Origin: Candidatus Benthicola marisminoris
Lineage (GTDB): Bacteria; Gemmatimonadota; Gemmatimonadetes; Palauibacterales; Palauibacteraceae
Direction of reading: 5' to 3'
NCBI GenBank assembly: GCA_023554335.1
Contig: JAMJQR010000081.1
Span: 1-62,885 of the forward strand
DNA length: 62,885 bases
The position numbers were made by a program, and so were the translations under genes. Under the pieces are notes generated by a model. It ran no database searches. It saw only the letters and a list, made by a program, of their open reading frames with translations, and was not told the DNA's origin. This document shows positions 46,307-54,305 of this stretch, piece by piece (position 1 is the first letter of the stretch; every line of letters begins with the position of its first letter).

Positions 46307-47329
46307 TCAGGGTGAGCCGGGATCTTTTCCGTCCCCATCCTCACCCGCGGACGCCTCCGCGGTTACCGCCACTTCCTCGGTGTCCGCGGGTTGCTCCGGC
46401 GGCTCGGCGCCGGCGTCCTCACCGACTTCGGCCTCCGCGGTCGCATCCGCATCGCCTGCGCTGCCGTCCTCGCTGTCCGCGGGTCCTTCCTCAGGGTCCG
46501 AGGCGTGGCGCCGGCGCTTGATCAGCTCGGGCCGCGGTCGGCGCTTCGGTCGCTTCTTCCGCTTACCATCCGCCGCCTCTGCGCCACCGACGTCCGAGGA
46601 GTAGGTCATCGCCTTGCCTTCGTCCTCGGTCCCCGCCGACTCCGGTGCCTCGCGGCGCGCCATGAGGATCTCGTCCGCAATCACTCCGGTGATGAGCGAC
46701 ACGGAGCGGATCGCATCGTCGTTTCCGGCGATGGCGATGGTCAGCTGGTCGGGATCCGCGTTGGTGTCGGCAATGGCGACGACGGGGATTCCCAGACGAT
46801 TCGCCTCCCGAACCGCAATCTCCTCCTTCGTGGAATCCACCACGAAGACGAGGCCGGGTAGCCGGGTCATATCCTTGATGCCCGACAGGTACCGCTCGAG
46901 CTTCTCGCGCTCGCGCTCGAGGAGGAGGCGCTCCTTCTTGGTGTAGAACTCAAAGGCGCCCTCTTCTGCCCCGCGCTCGAGGTCCTTCAGACGTCGGATG
47001 TTCTTCTTGATCGTCTGAAAGTTCGTCAGAAGCCCTCCGAGCCAGCGCTCGGTCACGTAGAACGCACCGGCGCGCTCGGCTTCCGCCCGCACCAGTCCCT
47101 TCAGCTGCGGCTTGGTGCACACGAACAGGACGTTTCCTCCACCCCGCACCACACCGCTGACCATATCCCTCGCCCGATTCAGCTCGCGCAAGGTCTTCTT
47201 CAGGTCGATGAGGTAGATGCCGCCACGTTCCGCGAAGATGAACCGGCGCATCTTCGGGTTCCAGCGGTGCGTCTGGTGGCCGAAGTGGACGCCTGCCTGT
47301 AGCAGATCCTTCAGACCGACTTCTGACAT
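46307..47329 (-). CDS. rpsB: 30S ribosomal protein S2 with approx. 90-aa charged C-terminal extension
   Basis: 340 aa with a conserved S2 core (LLQAGVHFGHQTHRWNPKM...). The C-terminal tail is acidic with an internal KRKKRPKRRPRPELIKRRRH patch. Confidence 0.93.
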   Translation of the reverse strand: MSEVGLKDLLQAGVHFGHQTHRWNPKMRRFIFAERGGIYLIDLKKTLRELNRARDMVSGVVRGGGNVLFVCTKPQLKGLVRAEAERAGAFYVTERWLGGLLTNFQTIKKNIRRLKDLERGAEEGAFEFYTKKERLLLEREREKLERYLSGIKDMTRLPGLVFVVDSTKEEIAVREANRLGIPVVAIADTNADPDQLTIAIAGNDDAIRSVSLITGVIADEILMARREAPESAGTEDEGKAMTYSSDVGGAEAADGKRKKRPKRRPRPELIKRRRHASDPEEGPADSEDGSAGDADATAEAEVGEDAGAEPPEQPADTEEVAVTAEASAGEDGDGKDPGSP

Positions 47330-47374
47330 GCTATCGTTAACTCGCTGCTCGGGTTCGGCTTCGCCGCGGCCTGA

Positions 47375-47785
47375 CTACCGCTTCGAGAACTGGAAGCGCT
47401 TGCGCGCCTTGGGCTGTCCTGGCTTCTTCCGCTCGACGACCCTCGGGTCGCGCGTCAGCAGGTCGTGTGACCTGAGCGTGACGCGCATTTCCTCGTCCGC
47501 CGAGAGAATGGCTCGCGCAATTGCCAGTTGGATGGCCTCGGCCTGTCCGGACGAACCGCCCCCGGCCACGCGCGCGTGGACCGCGAACTGTCCCTCCGTG
47601 CCCGTTACCTCGAACGGCTTGCCGGCCGTCGTCCTGTGGCGAGCGAGCGGGAAGTACTCCTCGAGCCCGCGGCCGTTGATGCTCCAGGAGCTGTCTCCCG
47701 GCCGGAGCCAGACGCGTGCCACCGCCGACTTGCGCCGGCCGACCGCCTGGTATGTCGTGCTGTCCGTCAAGCTGCCTACCTCCAT
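47375..47785 (-). CDS. rpsI: 30S ribosomal protein S9
   Basis: GRRKSAVARV... with C-terminal KKPGQPKARKRFQFSKR. Confidence 0.93.
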   Translation of the reverse strand: MEVGSLTDSTTYQAVGRRKSAVARVWLRPGDSSWSINGRGLEEYFPLARHRTTAGKPFEVTGTEGQFAVHARVAGGGSSGQAEAIQLAIARAILSADEEMRVTLRSHDLLTRDPRVVERKKPGQPKARKRFQFSKR

Positions 47786-47805
47786 GTCGTGTATCGCCTG
47801 ATCCG

Positions 47806-48234
47806 TCAGACGTCCAGAGGCTGCGGCTGCTGCGCGGCGTGCGGATGCTCAGGACCCGCGTACACCTTCAGCTTCAGCGCCATCTGGCGTCCGAGCGCGT
47901 TCTTCGGGAGCATTCCCTTCACCGCCCGCTCGATCACGCGCTCAGGATGCGTCTTCATCATGGTCTCGAACGGGATCAGACGCTCGCCGCCCATGTAACC
48001 GCTGTGGCGGAAGTACTCCTTCTGCTCGGCCTTCCGCCCCGTGAGCCGCACGTTCTTCGCGTTGACCACGACCACGTAGTCTCCCACGTCGAGATGCGTG
48101 CTGAACGTGGGCTTGTGCTTGCCTCGCAGGATGGACGCCACCCGCGTCGCCAGACGCCCAAGGACCTGGTCCGTGGCGTCTACGACAAACCAGTCGTGCT
48201 GTATCTCGCCTGCTTTGACCGAATACGTCTTCAT
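47806..48234 (-). CDS. rplM: 50S ribosomal protein L13
   Basis: 142 aa with [28 protein letters not shown], typical of L13. Confidence 0.94.
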   Translation of the reverse strand: MKTYSVKAGEIQHDWFVVDATDQVLGRLATRVASILRGKHKPTFSTHLDVGDYVVVVNAKNVRLTGRKAEQKEYFRHSGYMGGERLIPFETMMKTHPERVIERAVKGMLPKNALGRQMALKLKVYAGPEHPHAAQQPQPLDV

Positions 48235-48299
48235 GCCCGCATCGCCTCACTCGCATACGCTCTCGAGGCGCCTTCACTCGATGACCCGATATCTGGGAG

Positions 48300-48335
48300 A
48301 AAAAGCGGGCCGCCCCGCACTTGGCGGTAGCGGCC
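48300..48335 (-). terminator. hairpin plus T5: terminator of the sigma gene and/or attenuator in the rplM leader
   Basis: On the minus strand, ggccgc-ta-ccgc / gcgg-g-gcggcc form an interrupted 10-bp GC stem, followed by cgCTTTTTC. It lies 65 nt upstream of the rplM ATG. Confidence 0.5.
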
Positions 48336-48360
48336 GAAATCATCCCGCTAGCAGCCCCGG

Positions 48361-48389
48361 AAGCTAAAGGAAGGGTCTGGAGGTGTCAA
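48361..48389 (-). promoter_or_regulatory. candidate sigma-70-type promoter upstream of rplM
   Basis: Minus strand TTGACA (48389-48384), a 17-nt spacer, then TAGCTT (48366-48361). It lies 20 nt after the sigma-gene stop and upstream of the hairpin. Confidence 0.35.
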
Positions 48390-48408
48390 GACGCAGCGGG
48401 ACGCGATT

Positions 48409-49260
48409 TCAGCGGTCGCGAAAGGACTCGAGGACCCGGCCGGTCGAGCCCAGACGGAGGCGCACCAGGGCGCGATCCTTGATCTGCCGAATTCGCTCGC
48501 GGCTTACCGAGAACACCCGACCGATCTGCTCCAGTGTGTGCGCCTCCTCGCCGTCCAGGCCGAAGTATAGCTTGAGGATCTTCGCCTCCCGCTCCGGCAG
48601 GTGTGTCATGCTCGCCTCGAGCACCTCCCGGAGAGCCTCGCGCTGAGTCCTCGCATCCGGCTCCTCGCTCTCGCGGTCCGGAATCAGCTCGAGCATCGAC
48701 GTGTCCTCGGTATCCGGAACCGGCGCATCCAGTGAAATGTACGCGCTCTGGATGCCCATCGCCCGCTGGACGGCCTCAGGTGTGAGGTCGAGCTCGAGGC
48801 CGACTTCTTCCGGCGTGGCCTGACGCCCAAGCGACTGGCTGAGCCTTCGGGCGGTGCGCACCACCTTGTTCGCCTCGTCCATTCGGCCGACCGGGACCCG
48901 GACGATCTTGGACTGTTCCGCGATCGCCTGCATCATCGCCTGCCGGATCCACCACACAGCGTAGGAAATGAACCGTACGCCCTTGGTCTCGTCGAAGCGG
49001 CGGGCGGCGCGCATCAATCCGAGGTTCCCCTCGTTCACGAGGTCCGCGAACGCGACTCCGTGGTTGCGATACCGTTTGGCTACCGTGACGACGAAACGGA
49101 GATTGGCTGCAACGAGCTGGTTGAGCGCCTGTTCATCGCCATCCCGGATCGCCCTGGCCAGGCGAGCCTCGTCCTCTCGTTCGAGGATCGGGTGACCGGC
49201 GATCTCTCTCAGGTACAGATCGAGAGAACCGCCTTCCATACCATCGCCTCTTCGCGCCAT
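48409..49260 (-). CDS. sigma-70 family RNA polymerase sigma factor, RpoD-like regions 1.2-4.2, no region 1.1
   Basis: 283 aa with LYLREIAGHPIL (region 1.2), DLVNEGNLGLMRAARRFD (2.2), FISYAVWWIRQAMMQAI (2.3/2.4) and TLEQIGRVFSVSRERIRQIKDRAL (4.2). Confidence 0.88.
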   Translation of the reverse strand: MARRGDGMEGGSLDLYLREIAGHPILEREDEARLARAIRDGDEQALNQLVAANLRFVVTVAKRYRNHGVAFADLVNEGNLGLMRAARRFDETKGVRFISYAVWWIRQAMMQAIAEQSKIVRVPVGRMDEANKVVRTARRLSQSLGRQATPEEVGLELDLTPEAVQRAMGIQSAYISLDAPVPDTEDTSMLELIPDRESEEPDARTQREALREVLEASMTHLPEREAKILKLYFGLDGEEAHTLEQIGRVFSVSRERIRQIKDRALVRLRLGSTGRVLESFRDR

Positions 49261-49329
49261 GCTCCTCGCGTTCGCGGCAACCGCGGCGGTCCATTCCGCC
49301 GCGTGTGGCAGGCGCTACGCCCACGCCCG

Positions 49330-50079
49330 TCACTTGATAGGGTTGAACAGCCGGCTCCAGCGTATCTCCGTCAGCCAGGGGAAAGGAGTGATCTTGTTGC
49401 GATCGTACGAGAAATAGATGATCCAGGGCCGCCCCTTGATGGACTCGTCCGGCACGAATCCCCAGTAACGGGAATCCTCCGAGTTGTCCCGGTTGTCGCC
49501 CATGACGAAGAAGCTGTCGACCGGAACCGTGATCGGCCCCCAGTTGTCCCTGGTGGGTCGGTACTCCTGCAGGCGGCGCCCGTTCTCGACCAGGTGTGTT
49601 CGCTGCCAGTCGAACTGAGGGCTCCTCGGATCTTCGTACGGCCGCGTGTGCCGGGCGTAGGGCTCCGAGACTTGGGTCCCGTTTCGATACAGCACACCCT
49701 CGACCATCAGCAGCGTGTCGCCGGGGAGTCCCACGATACGCTTCACGTAGTTCGTGTTCGCGGCCTGACGGGCGGCCGGTGGCGGCTGGAAGACCACGAT
49801 GTCTCCGCGCGCCGGCGGGTCGAAAGCGGGAAGCCGCACCCCGGTTCCCGGCAGCTCCGCACCGTACACCATCTTGTTCACGAGCAGGAAATCGCCAACC
49901 AGCAAGGTCTGCTCCATGGAACCCGTGGGGATCTGAAATGCCTCGACGACGAAGGTCCGAACCAGGATGAACAGCAGGAAAGCCACGGCGATGGACTTCG
50001 TCCACTCCCACAGCCACCGACCCACCGAACCGTTGTCCGCTTCCGCTTTGCCCTTCGGCTTCTTCGCTGACTTGTTCAT
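49330..50079 (-). CDS. lepB: signal peptidase I
   Basis: 249 aa with an N-terminal TM, the catalytic Ser box IPTGSMEQTL, the Lys box YVKRIVGLPGD, and GDNRDNSEDSRYWGFV. Confidence 0.92.
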   Translation of the reverse strand: MNKSAKKPKGKAEADNGSVGRWLWEWTKSIAVAFLLFILVRTFVVEAFQIPTGSMEQTLLVGDFLLVNKMVYGAELPGTGVRLPAFDPPARGDIVVFQPPPAARQAANTNYVKRIVGLPGDTLLMVEGVLYRNGTQVSEPYARHTRPYEDPRSPQFDWQRTHLVENGRRLQEYRPTRDNWGPITVPVDSFFVMGDNRDNSEDSRYWGFVPDESIKGRPWIIYFSYDRNKITPFPWLTEIRWSRLFNPIK

Positions 50080-50124
50080 GCTCTGCGCGCGCCTGCCTGA
50101 CTGGTCTGAGTGCGCTCCATCGCG

Positions 50125-50165
50125 CCGAAATATGATTCGCCCCGAAATCTACACCCCCGAATCAT
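50125..50165 (-). repeat. three ATTYCGGSG direct repeats plus an 8-bp inverted repeat in the lepB upstream region
   Basis: The minus strand reads gATGATTCGggggtgtagATTTCGGGGCGAATCATATTTCGGCG. The inverted repeat is atgattcg (50132-50139) and cgaatcat (50158-50165). Confidence 0.3.
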
Positions 50166-50257
50166 CGCTCGTTCCGACGGTTCGCGGCCCCATACAATAG
50201 GGACTAACAGTGCTTCCTGCACTCATCTGGAGATCAACGTCACCGGTCTCCCGCCTC

Positions 50258-50896
50258 TTAATCTTCGTTCCCGGCCATTTCCAGCACGAGTTGGTCGCCG
50301 TCAACGGTGAAGCGGGATACCCGGCCCGGACTCGGAAGGAAAAGCGTTACCCCCGTCGATTCGACCCCCGGCATCTCAATGCTCTCGAGAATCCATGGAA
50401 CCATCAGTGACGGGACCACAATGGAGCCGGCCTGGAGCTTGAGAACTTCCACCCGCGGTATACCCGGGGATACGACACCTGGCCAGAGTTCGACCACGAC
50501 CTGAGCCGAATCGGGGAATAGGCGTTCGATGACCTCTTGAGAGGCGAGTCCCTCGAGCCCCTGCGGATCGACTCTTGCCGAAAGCACGACCGTGCTGTCC
50601 CGCACCTCGACGACGGGATCGGAGACACCTTCGGGAAGCAGCGGTTCGGCCCGATACGTCAGCAGGCTCTGGAGCTCGGCCTGACTCAACGCGATCTCAT
50701 CGCCGCCGGCGGGGGTAGCGAAGGTCTCCAGCTTTTCAGAGGCGCGTGCCGCCAGCTGCTCGCTGGGCCTGGATGCCGAGGTAATCTCCAGACGCTGCAG
50801 CCAGTCCGCGATGTCGTCCCTGAACCACCACCCACCTGCGACGACGATCAGGACCATGCTCAGGCACCCGATCCGCGCGAGACAGTTCTTGATCAT
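50258..50896 (-). CDS. membrane-anchored hypothetical protein
   Basis: The ATG at 50896 is preceded by GGGGGGAG. It has an N-terminal TM (IGCLSMVLIVVAGGWWF) and an approx. 180-aa extracytoplasmic region with no motif I recognise. Confidence 0.6.
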   Translation of the reverse strand: MIKNCLARIGCLSMVLIVVAGGWWFRDDIADWLQRLEITSASRPSEQLAARASEKLETFATPAGGDEIALSQAELQSLLTYRAEPLLPEGVSDPVVEVRDSTVVLSARVDPQGLEGLASQEVIERLFPDSAQVVVELWPGVVSPGIPRVEVLKLQAGSIVVPSLMVPWILESIEMPGVESTGVTLFLPSPGRVSRFTVDGDQLVLEMAGNED

Positions 50897-50927
50897 CTTC
50901 GTCTCCCCCCGTGAACGCCCCGAGCGC

Positions 50928-51494
50928 TCAAGCACGCGCACCGAGACGAGCCAGAACCAGCCGCGTATGGACAGGTCCTTCCGCCCCGAGCTTGCTCTTC
51001 ATGAGATCGAGGTGCGTCACTTTGTATGCGTCCCCCACCCGGAGTGAGCGCGCGACCTCCTCGAGTCTTCGGAACTCCCCGGCCTCCGCCTCGCGCGGCG
51101 CACGCCCGAGCGTCACGTGAGGCTGATACGGGCGCGCTTCCCGCGCGATTCCCAGCTCAGCGAGGCGTCTCTCCAGGTCATCCTTGATGAAGCGCAATTC
51201 CGGAGTCTGTTCGACCCCCAGCCACACCACTCGAGGTCTGCGCGGAGACGGAAACGCCCCGATCGGGCCGAACCTCATCTCGAACGGTCGGAAGCTCCCC
51301 GCGACCTGCTGCAGTGCCTCGGAGATCGGCTCCACATCCGTCGCCGGCACCTCGCCTATGAACTTCAGCGTCAGGTGAACCTGGTCCGCCTCCGTCCAGC
51401 GCCCGGGCACGCCGGCGTCCTCGAGCGGGCGGCAGAGCCGGGCGATTTTCTGCCTGAGTCGAGCCGGAAAGTTCACGGCGACGAAGAGGCGCAT
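50928..51494 (-). CDS. thpR: RNA 2',3'-cyclic phosphodiesterase (2H family, ThpR/LigT)
   Basis: 188 aa starting MRLFVAVNFP, with two HxT motifs (HLTLKF and HVTLGR). The upstream 320 codons of the 508-aa track ORF are antisense to the PTPS gene and are rejected. Confidence 0.85.
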   Translation of the reverse strand: MRLFVAVNFPARLRQKIARLCRPLEDAGVPGRWTEADQVHLTLKFIGEVPATDVEPISEALQQVAGSFRPFEMRFGPIGAFPSPRRPRVVWLGVEQTPELRFIKDDLERRLAELGIAREARPYQPHVTLGRAPREAEAGEFRRLEEVARSLRVGDAYKVTHLDLMKSKLGAEGPVHTRLVLARLGARA

Positions 51495-51677
51495 TCGACC
51501 TCGCTTCCAATTGCCTCGGTCCGTTTCGCTCACGGAGGGAGTCGCGTCCGCATACAAGCTGGCGAGAGCGCCTCGGCAGCGGCAAGAGCGACGCCCACCT
51601 CGGGATGCGAATCGGGTCCTGGGACCGTACGATGGGTGGGTTCCCCAGGTGTCACGGCCCCAGATGCGCAGGTGAGC

Positions 51678-52169
51678 ATGACCGAATTCAGAGTCGCGGT
51701 CGGCAAGGAGGTTCTGGTCTTCGCGGCGGCGCACTTCATCACGTACGGCGAGGGCGGGTGCGAGACGTTGCACGGACACAACTATCGGGTCGGCGTGACG
51801 CTGACCGGTGAACTGGATCCGCATGCGCTCGTGTACGATTTCATTGCCCTTCGACGGGATATGGAGGGCTTTCTGTCCGAACTCGACCACCGGGTGCTGC
51901 TTCCAGAATCGAATCCCGAGCTGACCGTGGCGCGCCTCGACCAGGAGATCGAAGTGCGACATGCGTCGCGCCGGTACGTCTTCCCCGAAGCGGATGCGGT
52001 CGTGCTGCCTGTGTCGAACACGACGGCGGAGATGATTGCCGGATACCTCGGATCGCGGCTGAAGACCAACTTGGCGCAACGGTCGGGGTTGTCGATCGGG
52101 AGGCTCGCGATCGAAGTCGAGGAGACACCCGGGCAATCCGCGTTCTGGATCTCGAGCGCCAGCGCTTGA
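51678..52169 (+). CDS. 6-pyruvoyl-tetrahydropterin synthase family protein (QueD / PTPS-III-like)
   Basis: 163 aa starting at ATG 51678, preceded by AGGTGA. It has FAAAHFI...GCETLHGHNY (CxxxHGH zinc/catalytic motif) and DHRVLLPE. The longer track ORF from 51117 is antisense to thpR. Confidence 0.85.
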   Translation: MTEFRVAVGKEVLVFAAAHFITYGEGGCETLHGHNYRVGVTLTGELDPHALVYDFIALRRDMEGFLSELDHRVLLPESNPELTVARLDQEIEVRHASRRYVFPEADAVVLPVSNTTAEMIAGYLGSRLKTNLAQRSGLSIGRLAIEVEETPGQSAFWISSASA

Positions 52170-52197
52170 GGTCCGGCGGCGTTCTCTGAGTCGAGCT

Positions 52198-53652
52198 GTG
52201 GACCTGCCCCTCGTCCGGTTCGTTCCCGGTGCGCCCGCTCCGCAAGACCTCGTCACCACTCTCGCGGACGAGCCATGGCTTCTGTGGCTGGATACGGCGC
52301 TGCCCGGGGGTCCGTGGGGCCGGTACTCATTCCTGGCCATCGACCCATACCGGGTGCTGCGCGGACGGGGCGGGCAAGCGGAGTGGGTGGACGGGAGTGG
52401 GGCGACTCCCGCTGGGAGAACCCCGCTCGCCGAGCTCCGGCATGAGCTAGCCAATCGGCCGCAGCCACGGCCAACGGATACGGTACCCTTCTGCGGGGGG
52501 GCGGGCGGGGTCTTTGGATACGAGCTAGGTGCCGATCTCGAGACCCTCCCGCCGCCGGCGGCACGAGATCTTCCCGTGCCAGATCTCGAAGTGGGCTTCT
52601 ATGACCTGGTCGTCGGTTGGGATCGCCTCGAAGATCGGTGCTGGATCGCTTCCGCGGGGACACCTGCGGACGGACCCGGTCCACGGCGGAGCGCCAACGA
52701 GCGACTGGAGCGAGCCGAAGCCTGGCTTCGCGGAGCTGCGCCGCCACGCGATCACCGTGTATCCCTCGAGTCGACGCTGACCGGGGGCGTGGGGCCATCC
52801 CCGCCCACCTTCGACGTACCCGGATCCCCGGGGCTGCGCTCCACGTTCGATCCGGAGGGCTACAGGGAGGCCGTACGGCGCGTGATCGAGTGGATCCGGG
52901 CCGGGGACGCGTACCAGGTCAACCTCTCGCAGCGATTCGAAACAGAGTGGACGGACGATCCTCTTCCGCTGTACCTCCGTCTGCGGAGAGCGAGCCCCGC
53001 TCCCTTCGGGGCGTATTACGCCGGACGCGGATTCTCCGTCTTGAGCACATCTCCGGAGCGTTTTTTGTACGGAGCGGGCGATGGCGTGGTGCAGACCCGC
53101 CCCATCAAAGGGACCCGGCCCCGGAGCGAGGACCCGAACGAGGACTCCCGGCTGGCGGCCGAGCTTCAGGCGAGCGGAAAGGACCGGGCCGAGAACCTGA
53201 TGATCGTGGATCTCCTTCGGAACGACTTCTCCCGCGTCTGTCGGCCCGACTCGGTTCGAGCGACGGACCTGTTTCGGGTGGAGAGCTATCGCTCGGTGCA
53301 CCACCTGACCTCCACCGTGGAAGGACGGCTGCGCGATGGTGTGGGAGCGGCCGATCTCCTGGCGGCCGCCTACCCCTGCGGGTCCGTGACCGGCGCGCCG
53401 AAGATCCGCGCGATGGAGATCATCTCGGAGCTCGAGCCCGTGGCTCGCGGGCCGTACTGCGGGGCAATCGGCTATCTCGGCTTCCAGGGAGACCTGGACC
53501 TGAGTGTCTCGATCCGGATCGCCGTCGCCGCTGCGGGCAGGATCGTGTTCCATTCCGGCGGCGCCGTGGTCGTAGACTCTGAGCCGGACGCGGAATACAG
53601 GGAGACCCTGGACAAAGCGCGGGCCCTGCTCGCGACCATCTCGGCGCGGTGA
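52198..53652 (+). CDS. pabB: aminodeoxychorismate synthase component I
   Basis: 484 aa with a chorismate-binding domain. It has PIKGT (Lys, PabB-type, versus PIAGT in TrpE) and GGAVVVDSEPDAEYRE. Confidence 0.88.
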   Translation: MDLPLVRFVPGAPAPQDLVTTLADEPWLLWLDTALPGGPWGRYSFLAIDPYRVLRGRGGQAEWVDGSGATPAGRTPLAELRHELANRPQPRPTDTVPFCGGAGGVFGYELGADLETLPPPAARDLPVPDLEVGFYDLVVGWDRLEDRCWIASAGTPADGPGPRRSANERLERAEAWLRGAAPPRDHRVSLESTLTGGVGPSPPTFDVPGSPGLRSTFDPEGYREAVRRVIEWIRAGDAYQVNLSQRFETEWTDDPLPLYLRLRRASPAPFGAYYAGRGFSVLSTSPERFLYGAGDGVVQTRPIKGTRPRSEDPNEDSRLAAELQASGKDRAENLMIVDLLRNDFSRVCRPDSVRATDLFRVESYRSVHHLTSTVEGRLRDGVGAADLLAAAYPCGSVTGAPKIRAMEIISELEPVARGPYCGAIGYLGFQGDLDLSVSIRIAVAAAGRIVFHSGGAVVVDSEPDAEYRETLDKARALLATISAR

Positions 53653-54305
53653 CGATGATGATCGTCCTGATCGATAACTATGACTCGTTCGGGCGTAACC
53701 TCGCCCGATATCTCGAGCAGCTCGGAGAGCAGGTTCGGGTGATCCGCAACGACGAAATGGACGCCGCCGGTGTCCTGGAGCTCGGTCCGTCCCACGTCGT
53801 CATCTCGCCTGGGCCCTGCACGCCCGCCGAAGCGGGCATCTCCGTGGAGCTGATCCTGGCCTGCGAGTCGAGAGTCCCGGTTCTGGGCGTGTGTCTGGGG
53901 CACCAGTGCATCGGCGCTGCCTTTGGGGGCAGCGTGGTTCGCGCCGATCCCGTGCACGGCAAGGTCTCGACGGTGCGTCACGACTGCGAGGATCTGTTCA
54001 GCGGGCTGCCGTCGCCCCTTTCGTGCACGCGCTACCACTCGCTGGTGCTCGACGCCGGGTCGCTCCCGCGCTCACTCCGGCCCACCGCCTGGACATCGGA
54101 CCGGCTCGTGATGGCCATGCGGCACCGGGCAAGCCCCATCTGGGGAGTACAGTTCCATCCGGAGGCCGTTCTCACCGAGCACGGGCATGCGCTGCTGCGG
54201 AATTTCCTCTCGCTTGGACGAGGTGAGGCGCCGCCCGGGCTGGCCGCGGGACTCCCGGCTCCCGAATCACCGACCCTCCCTCCCGCCGGTCCCCCCCTGG
54301 CCTGA
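53649..54305 (+). CDS. pabA: aminodeoxychorismate/anthranilate synthase component II (glutamine amidotransferase)
   Basis: IVLIDNYDSF, the catalytic GVCLGHQ, and QFHPE. The GTG at 53649 sits in a GTGA overlap with the pabB stop. In-frame ATGs at 53655 and 53658 are alternatives. Confidence 0.88.
   Translation: MTMMIVLIDNYDSFGRNLARYLEQLGEQVRVIRNDEMDAAGVLELGPSHVVISPGPCTPAEAGISVELILACESRVPVLGVCLGHQCIGAAFGGSVVRADPVHGKVSTVRHDCEDLFSGLPSPLSCTRYHSLVLDAGSLPRSLRPTAWTSDRLVMAMRHRASPIWGVQFHPEAVLTEHGHALLRNFLSLGRGEAPPGLAAGLPAPESPTLPPAGPPLA

Noticed and set aside
51495-51677. Possible riboswitch (THF, preQ1 or ZTP) in the 183-nt divergent region upstream of the PTPS-pabBA operon
   Set aside because: I could not recognise any of the conserved cores of these riboswitch classes by eye. 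Only a short cctggg/cccagg hairpin is present. A covariance-model scan is needed before claiming anything.
51495-52454. Upstream 320 codons of the 508-aa minus-strand ORF 50928..52454
   Set aside because: Only the last 188 codons form the 2H phosphoesterase (MRLFVAVNFP...). The remainder is antisense to the PTPS and pabB genes and has no motifs.
54267-54305. 39-nt convergent overlap of the pabA and comM 3' ends
   Set aside because: Both proteins extend past their conserved domains with non-conserved Pro/Gly/Ala tails. This is probably just late stop codons in GC-rich sequence, not a functional antisense arrangement.
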